IMG/VR virus record: IMGVR_UViG_3300042569_001606
Span: 1 to 52,775 of that record
Length of the DNA stretch: 52,775 bases
Reading direction: 5' to 3' (one strand)
DNA from: a virus
Lineage: Duplodnaviria; Caudoviricetes
This document shows positions 28,177 to 38,066 of this stretch, in pieces (position 1 is the stretch's first letter; every line of letters starts with the position of its first letter). The notes below the pieces were generated by a model that was not told the origin of the DNA, searched no databases, and worked only from the letters and a program-made list of their open reading frames with translations. Made by a program: the position numbers and the translations under genes.

Positions 28177-28620
28177 ATGGCCAGCTCTCTCCCCGACGTC
28201 GCCGAAGACCTGTTGTTGCTCGCCTCGGTGAAACCCGCACTGGCGTCCCTCGTGATCGTCAGCGGCAGCCGCAACGCCTACAGCGGGCCTGAGCGCCCAT
28301 CCAAGGGCAGCGGTATCCCGCTGGAGTCGACGTTCTGGGAGGTCGCAGGCGGTCGCGCCGACCTGCACAACGATGGTCGCCTGCGCGTCGTCGAGGTCCA
28401 ATGCCTCGTGCGCGGCAAGCGGCAGGACTACGACACCTCCCGGCTCAAGGCCACCGCGATCCTCGACAACCTCGACCTGAACGGCCCCTTCACGGGCGCT
28501 TCTTCAGGGCGGCAGTACATCGACGTCGTCGCGGTCAACGCCACGCCGATCCCGCTTGGCCCCGGCGAGAGTGACGCGGAATACTTCGCCATCAACTTCA
28601 ACGTCACGCTGGAAGGCTGA
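28177..28620 (+). CDS. Putative tail terminator
   Basis: VQCLVRG..YFAINF; synteny. Confidence 0.65.
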   Translation: MASSLPDVAEDLLLLASVKPALASLVIVSGSRNAYSGPERPSKGSGIPLESTFWEVAGGRADLHNDGRLRVVEVQCLVRGKRQDYDTSRLKATAILDNLDLNGPFTGASSGRQYIDVVAVNATPIPLGPGESDAEYFAINFNVTLEG

Positions 28621-28623
28621 ACC

Positions 28624-28947
28624 ATGCCGCTCCCATTCGACCGTCGCCCGCTCTCGGTGCAGCTCGCCTTGATGGCCCTCACGCGCACGATCCACGAGAT
28701 CGAAGCTGGCCAACTCGACGTCACGCACATCGAATACGACGACGTGGATCGCGTCGTGCTCGTCTTGCACTGTGCGCTCCCTGACCCCGAGGCCACCGTG
28801 CAAGCCGCCCAGGTCGCAAAAGGCGTGACGTGCGCGGCCTGCGGTTCTTCCGAGGTGCGGGACGCTGGCGGTCTGGACCGGCTCTGCATCCGGTGCAACC
28901 ATTGCTGGAGTCTCGAAGCACCGGGCGCTGCCCGCCATCAGGAGTGA
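28624..28947 (+). CDS. Hypothetical protein with C-terminal zinc ribbon
   Basis: CAACGS...CIRCNHCW. Confidence 0.6.
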   Translation: MPLPFDRRPLSVQLALMALTRTIHEIEAGQLDVTHIEYDDVDRVVLVLHCALPDPEATVQAAQVAKGVTCAACGSSEVRDAGGLDRLCIRCNHCWSLEAPGAARHQE

Positions 28948-28950
28948 TCC

Positions 28951-29397
28951 ATGCCTACAGCCGGCCCATTCGCCGCCCGCGTTGCCGAGGTTGCCGTGAG
29001 CAACGCGGCGTCGACCGATTTCACCTCAGCCACCTACGTCGACGTTGAGCGCGTCAACAGCCCGACGTTCAGCGGCAGCCAGGACACCGCCGAAACGTCG
29101 AGCAACGACAGCGGCGGCAACAAGGAGTTCGTCACGACGTGGAAGTCGGCCACGCTCTCTTTCGAGATGATCGCCGACGAGACTGCCACCGGCCAAGAGC
29201 ACCTGTGGACCGCGTTCACGAACGCCGAAACCCGCGCCTTCCGTTGCCGCCCAAAGGGCAACGCGACGACGGAGAAACAGATCCGGTTCCTCGGTCAGAT
29301 CACGTCGATCGAAGAGACGCTGGACAAGGGTGACGTCGGCAAATACCGCGTCACCGTCCAGCGCACGGGCACGCAGACCCGCGACAACCAGCCCTGA
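28951..29397 (+). CDS. Tail tube (major tail) protein
   Basis: ETSSNDSGGNKEF..W, beta-rich, followed by a terminator and the chaperones. Confidence 0.8.
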   Translation: MPTAGPFAARVAEVAVSNAASTDFTSATYVDVERVNSPTFSGSQDTAETSSNDSGGNKEFVTTWKSATLSFEMIADETATGQEHLWTAFTNAETRAFRCRPKGNATTEKQIRFLGQITSIEETLDKGDVGKYRVTVQRTGTQTRDNQP

Positions 29398-29420
29398 CCT
29401 CGACAGCGGCTTTGTTCCTC

Positions 29421-29453
29421 AACAGGCGCCCAACACGGCGCCTGTTTTCTTTT
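29421..29453 (+). terminator. Intrinsic terminator
   Basis: AACAGGCGCC/GGCGCCTGTT plus T-tract. Confidence 0.7.
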
Positions 29454-29494
29454 GTGCCGCCACACGTCACGCTGCGCCGACACAGGAGGACCAC

Positions 29495-29911
29495 ATGGCT
29501 ACCGATCCGCTCAAGTCCCGCGCCATCCACATCGGCGGGCAGACCCGCAACATCAAGATGACGATGACGGCGCTGCGCGTTCTGCAGAAGCGCTACAACG
29601 GCGCCCCGGTTCGCGACATCGTGCGCAACCCCGACATCGACCAGATCTGCGAGATGGCCGCTGCGGGCCTGCTTCACGAGGATCGCACCATCAGCGCCGA
29701 CACCGTCGCGAAGTGGCTCGACAACGAGCCGCAGATGATGCCGAAGCTGGCCGCGATCGTCGTCGAGTGCATCGGTGACGCCTACTCCCGAATGAGCCCA
29801 CCCAAGGCCAAATCGGGGGAAGGCGACGCCCCGGTGAGCACGCCGGGGCTCGACGAGACGACGATGGCGGTGGACGCGATGACGACGGCGGATGGCCTGA
29901 CTTCGGGCTGA
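29495..29911 (+). CDS. Tail assembly chaperone (G)
   Basis: AGGAGG RBS; IGGQTRNIKMT..AAGLLH; between tube and tape measure. Confidence 0.75.
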   Translation: MATDPLKSRAIHIGGQTRNIKMTMTALRVLQKRYNGAPVRDIVRNPDIDQICEMAAAGLLHEDRTISADTVAKWLDNEPQMMPKLAAIVVECIGDAYSRMSPPKAKSGEGDAPVSTPGLDETTMAVDAMTTADGLTSG

Positions 29912-30270
29912 TCCTTCGCCTCTGCGGTCGCTATCAGATCTCGACCAGCGAGATGTGGGAGATGACGCCGTCAGAGTTTGTCGAGGTGTTGACGGGTGCG
30001 CGTGAAGCAGAGCGCGTGCACCGCTTGGGGTATGCGTCGATCGTGAGCGTCGTGCTCTCCTTCGGCGGCACGCAGATGAGCCCCGAGGCGCTGATTGGTG
30101 AAGAGGTCGAATATGGCCCCAACCCCTTCAACCCCGGCGATGATGAGCACCTTGACGCCGAAGGCCGACAGGCACGCCGAGCCCGGATGCTCGAAGCCTT
30201 GAGGGAATCCGCAAAGCGGGCACACGATGAGTGGATGCCGCAGGGGGTGACCCTCGACGGCGACGACTGA
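29815..30270 (+). CDS. Tail assembly chaperone T segment, reached by -1 frameshift
   Basis: G GGG GAA at 29815-29821; the -1 frame is open into the WEMTP ORF ending at 30270. Confidence 0.7.
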   Translation, partial: GGRRRPGEHAGARRDDDGGGRDDDGGWPDFGLILRLCGRYQISTSEMWEMTPSEFVEVLTGAREAERVHRLGYASIVSVVLSFGGTQMSPEALIGEEVEYGPNPFNPGDDEHLDAEGRQARRARMLEALRESAKRAHDEWMPQGVTLDGDD

Positions 30271-30282
30271 ACGGAGCGAGCG

Positions 30283-32514
30283 ATGACCCAGGTAGGCAGC
30301 GGCGTTGAGATTCCCATCAAGGGCGACACGTCGCAGGTCCGCAAGGCCGTCGACGACGTCATCGGCAGCTTCGACAAGCTCGTTTCGAGGGCCAACCAGC
30401 TCGAAGCAGCGTTGGCCGATGACGCGGTCACCTCGAAGTTGACCGCCGAGGGCTTGCAGCACCTCCAGAAGGAGGCTGCTGCGGCCCGCGCCAAGGTCGA
30501 CGCCCTGACGCAAAGCACCGAGCAGATGGTGCACGTCAAGAGCCGTGCGCGTGAGGTGGCCGGCCAGCTCGATGAGCGGTTTGGCAAGCTCCAAGTCTCC
30601 ATCGGCGGCATGTCTGCGGCTCTCGGTGGGGCCAGCGGTCGCTTTGGCGACCTCATCGGCGGCGCCGCTGACCTCGCCATGACCTTCGCCGCTGGCGGGC
30701 CTCTGATGGCTGGTCTGGCCGCTCTCGGTGCTGGAGTCGCCTACGCCATCGGCGAGATCTCGAAGGCGCAGGAGGCAGCGGCTACGGCCGCAAAAGAGAG
30801 CGCCGCCCAGATGGACAAGCTCAAGGCGAAGGCAGAAGCCGCCGCCGATGCCCTTGCCGCAGCCAAAGAGGGCGTGAGCGTCGAAACCATCCAAGACCGT
30901 CGGACCATGGGCGGCGCGACTGCGCAGCTTGGAACAGCGGCTGAGGCCGTTGGGAGCGCCTTCCGATCGGGGGGTGGTGGCTCTGACCTCGGTTTCGGCA
31001 AAGCGCTGGCCGATCCGAGCCGCGATCTTGAAGACGCCTACAAGCGAGCGGCCAAAGCTGCCGATGAACTCATCGACCCGGCCCGCAAGGCGAAGGTGCA
31101 GGCGGCGCTTGAGGACTACCGCAAGAGCCTCGACCAGCTCACGATCATCCAGCGCACGCAGGCCGACCAAGAACAAAAGAAGCTGGTCGACGAGCTGCGA
31201 GCGTGGGGCGAAGGCGTCGCCGACGCAGCCAAGAACACGAAGGCGCTCAGTGCTGCGGCTGCCGTCGCCACGGAGTCGTTCGACGCGTTGGCCGAAGTGC
31301 GCAACATGTTCGCCAGCGTGAAGGCTGCCGGCACGAAGTCGCCGCTGTCCTTCGCCAACCCGGAGATCTCCCAGGATGCGGCGCTGGACACCGTCGGCCT
31401 CGGTTCCCCGGCCATCGAGATCTCAACGCAGTTTTCCGAAGTGCTCGACGCGACCGCTGAGGAGATGGCTTCGTGGGGCGAAGTGCTCGACGAGACAGCG
31501 GGCGAGTTCACCGACCTGATGTCTCCCGTGGAGCGCTTCGGTGAAAGCCTGAGTGAACTCGGCAAGAGCCTCGGTGACGTCGTCGGCTCCCAAAGCACGA
31601 TCGACAACGTCGTCAGCGGCGCAGCAGGGCAAGGTGGTTTCGACTCGGTCGGCACCGACTTGGGCGCCGCGATCGGTGGGTTCCTTGGCCCGGTCGGCTC
31701 CGCCATCGGCGCCCTGCTGGGAACCCTGCTCGGCAACGTGATGGACGAACTGGTTGAGATCCTCGGTGTCGTCACGCCGCTGATGGATGGCCTGGCGATC
31801 GCGGTCGCGGCCCTCTCGCCGATCTTCATCGTGCTCAAGGTGCTGATGGCCGAGGTGGGCCAGCTCTTTGTCGCGCTGGCTCCGCTTCTGCTCGTGCTCG
31901 CAAAGCCGATCGCCGCTCTCGTGCTCGTCGTCGTTCGCGTGATTCAGGTGCTGCTGCCGTTCGTGAACATGATCCTGATCGCAGTCGCGGGCCTCTTGGG
32001 GTTCCTCGACTTCATCACCTACGGCGTCAGCCTGCTGGACACCTATTTCTTTCAGCCGCTGATCGAAGGTGTCCGATGGCTCTACAATGGGCTTGTTGGC
32101 TTCTACAACATGATCATCGACATCATTCGGAAGGTGCCGGGGCTCGGGAAGTTCGGCGCCAAGGCATCGCTGATGGAAGAGGCTGTTGCGCCGGTGATCG
32201 ATGAGTTCGCGTCATCGACCGACGAACTGGCGAACATCATGGGCGAAAACACCGACGCCACCGAGGACAACACCCAAGTCACCGGCGACATCAACCAAGA
32301 GCTGACCAACCTCCCCAGCGGCTACAAGATCGCTGGTGCGGAGTACAACGCAGCGGACGGTGTGCGGATGCAGCCGATGATCAACATCGTCGTCGAGAAA
32401 TGGTTTGGCTCCAGCACACCGTCGGAGGACATCAAAGACCTCCACAAGAAGGCCAAGTTTGGGACCAAGGGCACGTTCAATGGTCGCCGATTTGCGAGCG
32501 ACGAGAAGGGCTGA
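30283..32514 (+). CDS. Tape measure protein
   Basis: Long Ala/Gly-rich helical ORF with a hydrophobic block, after the chaperones. Confidence 0.88.
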   Translation: MTQVGSGVEIPIKGDTSQVRKAVDDVIGSFDKLVSRANQLEAALADDAVTSKLTAEGLQHLQKEAAAARAKVDALTQSTEQMVHVKSRAREVAGQLDERFGKLQVSIGGMSAALGGASGRFGDLIGGAADLAMTFAAGGPLMAGLAALGAGVAYAIGEISKAQEAAATAAKESAAQMDKLKAKAEAAADALAAAKEGVSVETIQDRRTMGGATAQLGTAAEAVGSAFRSGGGGSDLGFGKALADPSRDLEDAYKRAAKAADELIDPARKAKVQAALEDYRKSLDQLTIIQRTQADQEQKKLVDELRAWGEGVADAAKNTKALSAAAAVATESFDALAEVRNMFASVKAAGTKSPLSFANPEISQDAALDTVGLGSPAIEISTQFSEVLDATAEEMASWGEVLDETAGEFTDLMSPVERFGESLSELGKSLGDVVGSQSTIDNVVSGAAGQGGFDSVGTDLGAAIGGFLGPVGSAIGALLGTLLGNVMDELVEILGVVTPLMDGLAIAVAALSPIFIVLKVLMAEVGQLFVALAPLLLVLAKPIAALVLVVVRVIQVLLPFVNMILIAVAGLLGFLDFITYGVSLLDTYFFQPLIEGVRWLYNGLVGFYNMIIDIIRKVPGLGKFGAKASLMEEAVAPVIDEFASSTDELANIMGENTDATEDNTQVTGDINQELTNLPSGYKIAGAEYNAADGVRMQPMINIVVEKWFGSSTPSEDIKDLHKKAKFGTKGTFNGRRFASDEKG

Positions 32515-32520
32515 GCGCAC

Positions 32521-33435
32521 ATGTCTTTTCTGCACATCAACGGCGTCACGATTCCGGTCAAAGCCGACTCTCTCGAAGAAGAGGAGATCGTGATCGGTGA
32601 CATCTTCGCCCGTTCCATCGGCGGCGCCATCTTCGGTACCCAGGCCACGACCAAGCGCCGCTGGACCTTTGAGACGCTGCCGATGTCTCGCGACACGGCG
32701 GAGAAGATGCGCCAGTGGATCGAAGGCAAGATTCAAACGTGGTCGTTCACTGGGTCCGCCGCCGCCGACGGGCTCCTGAGCGGCGCTGGTATCTCCTTGG
32801 GTGGCGCGGCCACTTTTGCGAGCAGCGGAGGCAGGACGGGCGGGAAGATGACCGCAGGGTCCGGTGGCTTGGCCAACATGGACATGTTCGACAAGCTGTA
32901 CCGCGTCAGAGGGTGGGCGCCCGATCAGGGGTGGACGCTTGGATGCTGGCGCAACTCCACAGCTGCTGAAGGCTTTCCCAGCAATGCATGGTTTGACCTC
33001 GTGATGACCGGAAACGTGGCGGTCATTCGCGGCGGTGCTTCCCCTCCCGTGGGCACAATCCAGTACCGCAACGGTGCGGTCGTGGCGTCGAGCATGCAGC
33101 GCTACGTCAACGTCTCAACGACTGAGCTTGAATGGGTTGCCCTTGCTGGGTACCTCGCCACCGGTACCGCTGCCGCCGTCGACTACGATGACTTCTGGTT
33201 TGCCCCTTTCGAGGTTCCTGCTTCGTGGGTGCCCGAGATCTACGCACACCGTCTCGCCTTCGGCTTGGCTGATGCGCCGCGTGTGTCGGCATCTGGGGAC
33301 TGGTTCGTTGAGACGACGCCAATCGACGTGATCTGCCGAGTCAGGAACACCAAGCAGTTGAATGCGACGCTGAAAGGCGCGGCATCACACTCAGCAGCAA
33401 ACCGGATCTTTGAAGTCGTGATGGAGGAGATCTGA
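32521..33435 (+). CDS. Putative distal tail protein
   Basis: Directly after the tape measure; KRRWTFET motif; beta-rich insertion. Confidence 0.55.
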   Translation: MSFLHINGVTIPVKADSLEEEEIVIGDIFARSIGGAIFGTQATTKRRWTFETLPMSRDTAEKMRQWIEGKIQTWSFTGSAAADGLLSGAGISLGGAATFASSGGRTGGKMTAGSGGLANMDMFDKLYRVRGWAPDQGWTLGCWRNSTAAEGFPSNAWFDLVMTGNVAVIRGGASPPVGTIQYRNGAVVASSMQRYVNVSTTELEWVALAGYLATGTAAAVDYDDFWFAPFEVPASWVPEIYAHRLAFGLADAPRVSASGDWFVETTPIDVICRVRNTKQLNATLKGAASHSAANRIFEVVMEEI

Positions 33436-33437
33436 AA

Positions 33438-33635
33438 ATGGACGAGGAAGAGCAACGCGACGTCGTCAAAGGTAGCCGACGCAAGCTGCGCCGATCGTTG
33501 AATGCTGAGCTGACTCAGCTCGCCACAAAGGCTCGCACCGAGTTCCAAGACGGGCCTTTCCTGTCTGGCTTCCTGAGCGCCATTGAGCGGAGCCGTCAGA
33601 TCGTCGACAAAGGAGGAACCACCGACGAGGACTGA
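33438..33635 (+). CDS. Small hypothetical protein
   Basis: GGAGG RBS; fills the gap exactly. Confidence 0.55.
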   Translation: MDEEEQRDVVKGSRRKLRRSLNAELTQLATKARTEFQDGPFLSGFLSAIERSRQIVDKGGTTDED

Positions 33636-33638
33636 ACC

Positions 33639-36458
33639 ATGGCGCGCAGCAGCGACTACACCTTGCCCCGCTCCCACGTCCCCAGCGGCACCAGCACCGA
33701 CTATCAGGTGCTGCTCCGCGCCGACGAGGCCAGCGGGGTGATGCTTGATGACCTCGGTGGTGCCAGCTTCACCAACGTCGGCGCGGTTGGCACCACGGGA
33801 AGCGCGACCCGCGACAACCTCGTCAACGGTGCGCGCGTCTTCAACGGCACGACTCAGGCCGCTGTGCGCTCCACCATCGTCTCCACCGACGCCGACAACT
33901 TCCACGTCGAGAACGGTGGGTTTGGCGTTGCCTGCTGGTGTCGACCAAATACGATCCGCGACCAGACGGTGTTCGAGCTTGGCGACTACCACGCGGCTGC
34001 CGACGAGACGCGCAACGCTCAGTTCCGCCTTCGCCCTCGTGCATCGGGTGCGTTCTCGTCGGAGTTTGAAGATGGCGCAGGCTCGACTGGTCGACGCGAC
34101 AGCACGGGCAACGGGCTGATGCAGGCCGGCGTGTGGTCGCATCTCGGCGTGTGCTTCCGCCCTGACCCCGACAAGATCGGACGCGCCAACGTCCAGCTCT
34201 TCTTCAACGGCAAGATGGTCGCCCAGGCATTCGATCGCCCGTGGCCGACGGGGGGAAGCAATGCCCGCTGGATCGTCGGGGCTTCGCGCGGCCTCGGCAC
34301 CGGCCTTGGCGTCTATGGCGAGTTTTTCGACGGCGCCTTGGATGACCTCATCGTCACCCGTTGGCCTCCTGATGTTGCTTGGTTCCGCAGCGTGTACGGT
34401 CGCGGCGTCCAAGAGTTCGTCAAGCGTTTCGTTGAAACAAAGAGCACCCCACGGTGCATGTTTTCGACGTTTGCGCGTGTATTGGTGAAGGCTCCACAGG
34501 GCAAGTTCGCGAAGCTCCGCCGCGTTGACCTCGATTGGGTTGACCTCACGAACGTCAACGGCATCGACTTCGTCAAGGAGATCACTTGGGGATCATCGCT
34601 GGATGACTTCATCACGAATGCGACGGTGAAACTTCACCCACGATTCGGCGCCTACAACATGAGCCCCTTTGCGCCGAATACCGAAAGTGGCGGGATCACC
34701 TACGAGCACAACCCGCTTGCCGAGCCGATCGATGCGGCAAGCCCTGTCGACGGCCCGATGAACGCTTTCCTGCGTTCGATGAGGCGTGTTCGCATCGAAA
34801 CCGCTCTCTGCCCGATGGGCATGTTGCGAGAGCAGGCCGACCCATATTGGGAGGTCATGTTTGACGGTTTCCTTCGAGCCGTCGACGTCAGCGACGACGA
34901 AGTGACGATGACCTGCGCCGACCTCGGATCGGCCCTGCTCGACACTTTCGTGGAGCCCACAAAAGACGGGACCGATCGCCAGTATGGGACCGCAGGCGGC
35001 ACGCCCGTCGAGGGGGAATTGCAGGATCTCATCGACGACAACAGCCCTGCTCGATTTGAGATCGTGCCGTCGATCAACGGCAGCGTGGCCGGCATCGACG
35101 ACAGCGGTGCGGGTGGCCGCGTCGTCATCCAGCTCTTCAGCAACACGCTGACGGCGGACGTCAACGCCCGAGGTCGACCGCATTGCCTGCAAGCCGGCGA
35201 CATCTTCACCGTCACCGGCACCGTGAACTACAACGGCACCTACACGGTGTTCTCGACGACGGACTTTGCGGTCACGACGGTCGAGACAAAGAGTGGCCTG
35301 CTCGCTGCTGAAAACGTCGGCATCGTGACTGCTGTCGACGCCTTCTCCTACGGCAAGATCGGCGTGCCTCAGCTTTACGTTCCGACGACGCCAGCGTGGA
35401 ACGTCTACGAGTGGAACGAACCCGCATCAAAGGGTGTGCTTCAGGCTCTTGACGACATCGCCAGCCAGATCGGTTGGCGCGTTGCCTACAAGTGGCACGA
35501 CCTCCGCCAAGAGTTCCGGCTGACGCTGTTCAGTGGCCCGTCACCGTCTCTCGTGCTCGCTCACGACGTGCTCTCCATCGGTCGCATGTCGATCAAGGTC
35601 GACGACGTGCGCAACGTGATCGTCGGTGAGTACGCCAGCGAGGCGACGAAAGATGCTGTCGGTGAGCGTGCGATCTTCGCCCGTGCTGTTCGTGACATCA
35701 CATCGCTTCGAGAGTTCGGGCGCTTCATGGCCCGCATCCGCGTCGACGGCGACAGCCTCGTGAACACTGCCGGCGAAACGGACGAACTGATCTCGACGGT
35801 GCTCAACGACCTGTCGCAACCCATTGCTGAAACCGACGTCGAGACGCTGTACCACCCGATCGTTGAACCCGGAGACTGGTTGGCGTTTATCGAAAGCGGC
35901 AGCCTGATCCGCACCACCTTTTTCAGTGGGCTCAACAACGACGGCATCTTGAACCAGATGCTGTTCAAGGCTCACTCTGGAGCCGTCGCGAGCTTCGAGC
36001 ACACGCACAGCAACGACCAGACGCGCACGTCGTATCGCCTCCGCCGTGTTGCTCCTGACACCGGCGTCTACGTGAACACGAGCCGTGTCGACCGCCACCA
36101 GGAGACTTTCGCTCAGCGGGGCTCAACCCGAGGTCGTGGGCTTTCACCGCCGAAGCCGCCACCGGCTCCGACGATGCGCGTGCTCGGCAACCTCAGCGGC
36201 AACCGCATGGTCACCGCGTCGTGGGCTCTCCCGGTCAGCGGGTTGAATCAGGCGTGGCGGTCGACGGAGGTTCATCTGTCGACCACGACAGGGTTCACGC
36301 CGTCGTCGGCATCGCTTGTTGGCGTCGTCAGTGGCACCACGCACACGTTCCTGACCCCGTCCGCGTCGACGACATACTACTGCCGGCTGGTGCACCGTGA
36401 CCTGATGCGGAACAGGTCCGCACCGGGGCCGCAGACGTCTTTCGTGTCGGCTGCTTGA
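33639..36458 (+). CDS. Tail tip/hub protein with N-terminal LamG-like and C-terminal FN3-like domains
   Basis: VWSHLGV..FFNGK..FFDGALDDL; STTTGFTP..TYYCRL..DLMRNRS. Confidence 0.75.
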   Translation: MARSSDYTLPRSHVPSGTSTDYQVLLRADEASGVMLDDLGGASFTNVGAVGTTGSATRDNLVNGARVFNGTTQAAVRSTIVSTDADNFHVENGGFGVACWCRPNTIRDQTVFELGDYHAAADETRNAQFRLRPRASGAFSSEFEDGAGSTGRRDSTGNGLMQAGVWSHLGVCFRPDPDKIGRANVQLFFNGKMVAQAFDRPWPTGGSNARWIVGASRGLGTGLGVYGEFFDGALDDLIVTRWPPDVAWFRSVYGRGVQEFVKRFVETKSTPRCMFSTFARVLVKAPQGKFAKLRRVDLDWVDLTNVNGIDFVKEITWGSSLDDFITNATVKLHPRFGAYNMSPFAPNTESGGITYEHNPLAEPIDAASPVDGPMNAFLRSMRRVRIETALCPMGMLREQADPYWEVMFDGFLRAVDVSDDEVTMTCADLGSALLDTFVEPTKDGTDRQYGTAGGTPVEGELQDLIDDNSPARFEIVPSINGSVAGIDDSGAGGRVVIQLFSNTLTADVNARGRPHCLQAGDIFTVTGTVNYNGTYTVFSTTDFAVTTVETKSGLLAAENVGIVTAVDAFSYGKIGVPQLYVPTTPAWNVYEWNEPASKGVLQALDDIASQIGWRVAYKWHDLRQEFRLTLFSGPSPSLVLAHDVLSIGRMSIKVDDVRNVIVGEYASEATKDAVGERAIFARAVRDITSLREFGRFMARIRVDGDSLVNTAGETDELISTVLNDLSQPIAETDVETLYHPIVEPGDWLAFIESGSLIRTTFFSGLNNDGILNQMLFKAHSGAVASFEHTHSNDQTRTSYRLRRVAPDTGVYVNTSRVDRHQETFAQRGSTRGRGLSPPKPPPAPTMRVLGNLSGNRMVTASWALPVSGLNQAWRSTEVHLSTTTGFTPSSASLVGVVSGTTHTFLTPSASTTYYCRLVHRDLMRNRSAPGPQTSFVSAA

Positions 36459-36499
36459 GCAGTGGGAACCTCCGGGCCACACTGGGCTCGGAGGTTCCC

Positions 36500-37183
36500 G
36501 TGAAGATCCTGTTTCTCCTTGCCGCTCTCGCCGCCCAGAGTCCGCCCTTGGACGCTGGGCCCCCTGCTGACCCGACGTCGCACGTCATCGTCGGCAACGA
36601 CATCCACGTCACGGCTCCGCTTCCGGCTTCGGCCCAAGCTGCTCCTGACGCTGTCCTTGCCGCCCTCGATGCGCCGCCCGCTCCTGTCGACGACGTTGCG
36701 ATCGTCGCCGACGCTTTCCGCGACATGATCAAAGCGATCACCAACTGGAAAAGCGCCGGTGCCCTCGCCATCGCGGCGGCAATCATCGCTTTGCTGATGC
36801 GGCTCTCCAAACTCGGGGTGCTGTACCGGCTTCTGGAGGCCCGTGGCTGGTCGTGGGCCCGTCCATGGATCGCCGGCCTACTCGGCGGCACTGGTGCGGC
36901 TCTCACAGCGTTTGGCTCCGGCGTGCACGACCTTCCTTCGCTCGTGTCTGCCTTCGTGAGCGGTGTCCTGGCCGGCTTCACCGCTGGTGGTGGGTACGAC
37001 GCAGGCCGGCTGGTCTTCGCTGCGGAGCGCAACAAGAAACGCGTCGACGTCGGGGCACTCAACAAGCTGACCGAGATCGCTGCCGAAAGTCGCGAGAAGC
37101 AGCACGTCATCGAGGCAAGCCGCAACCTTTCGCCAAGCAAGCGCGCTGAGGTCTTGGCCGCGACCCTCGGGAAGCACCAGTGA
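36500..37183 (+). CDS. Multi-TM membrane protein, holin candidate
   Basis: Signal-like N-terminus plus three hydrophobic helices; GGAGG RBS; near the endolysin. Confidence 0.5.
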   Translation: MKILFLLAALAAQSPPLDAGPPADPTSHVIVGNDIHVTAPLPASAQAAPDAVLAALDAPPAPVDDVAIVADAFRDMIKAITNWKSAGALAIAAAIIALLMRLSKLGVLYRLLEARGWSWARPWIAGLLGGTGAALTAFGSGVHDLPSLVSAFVSGVLAGFTAGGGYDAGRLVFAAERNKKRVDVGALNKLTEIAAESREKQHVIEASRNLSPSKRAEVLAATLGKHQ

Positions 37184-37521
37184 TCGCCTTCGCCCTCGCC
37201 TTCGCCCTCGCCGCGAACAACGGCGCTGTCGCCTTGGAAGAGGGCGAAGCTGCACCGTTCGTCGGCGTATTGCTGACCAACGATCGAGCGACCGAGCTGG
37301 CGCTGGTCGAGAATGAGGTTGGCTCGTGCCGCGCACAGCTCGCCGCCTCCGCGAACATCATCGAGCAGTGGAAGGCCGTAGCTGCGGCCCCACCCCAACA
37401 GGCCCCGCTGATCACCGACCCCACGCTGAACTGGTGGATCGGATTCGGTGCCGGCGTTGGCCTCACGGTGGGCTCCCTCGCCTTTGCAGCGTGGGCCCTG
37501 ACAACAGCCAGCAACATCTGA
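37180..37521 (+). CDS. Exported coiled-coil protein with C-terminal TM (spanin-like candidate)
   Basis: Signal peptide, APFVGVLL, short coiled coil, C-terminal TM. Confidence 0.45.
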   Translation: MIAFALAFALAANNGAVALEEGEAAPFVGVLLTNDRATELALVENEVGSCRAQLAASANIIEQWKAVAAAPPQQAPLITDPTLNWWIGFGAGVGLTVGSLAFAAWALTTASNI

Positions 37522-37558
37522 ACGCGGCCCCGGTGACTCGGGGCCGCGTTTCTCTTTC
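37521..37558 (+). terminator. Intrinsic terminator
   Basis: AACGCGGCCCC/GGGGCCGCGTT plus T-tract. Confidence 0.7.
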
Positions 37559-37618
37559 GTCGGCTTGTCGTCGACGCAAAAGCCAGTCACGGTTCGATTC
37601 CAGCAAGAGGTCGATTCG

Positions 37619-38053
37619 ATGGAAGACTGGAAGTTTGCCCTTACCTTGGCGGTCCCACTGCTCACGTTCGCCGCCCTCTGGGGCGAGATGCGATCGTCGC
37701 AGAAGAGCCAAGAGAAAAACGCCGACGACCACCGCAAGGAAACCGCTGAAACGGCCAAGCGCGTCGAGGCGATGCACAACGAAGCGGCTACCGAAAAGCA
37801 GGCGCTGCGTGAGCTCACAGCGCGCCACGCGGAACTGGCGGGAGAGGCCCGCAACCGGATCAGCGCCGTCGAGGGCCGCGTGTCTACCGTCGAGCGCGAG
37901 AGCATCGAGATCCGCGCCGAGCTGCGAGCCCTCGCCACAGGACAGGCTCGCATCGAGAGCAAGCAGGATCGGGAAAGCCAAGCGATCGAAAGCATCCGCC
38001 GTGACGTGATGATCGCCCTGGGTAAGATGACCAAAGGCGACCCTCTGGGCTGA
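37619..38053 (+). CDS. N-terminal TM plus coiled-coil protein (lysis-associated candidate)
   Basis: GAGG RBS; one TM then heptad repeats. Confidence 0.55.
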   Translation: MEDWKFALTLAVPLLTFAALWGEMRSSQKSQEKNADDHRKETAETAKRVEAMHNEAATEKQALRELTARHAELAGEARNRISAVEGRVSTVERESIEIRAELRALATGQARIESKQDRESQAIESIRRDVMIALGKMTKGDPLG

Positions 38054-38066
38054 TACGCTTGGGCGC

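Noticed and set aside
37185-37212. CGCCTT/CGCCCT tandem repeat
   Set aside because: It simply encodes the AFALAFALA hydrophobic signal peptide
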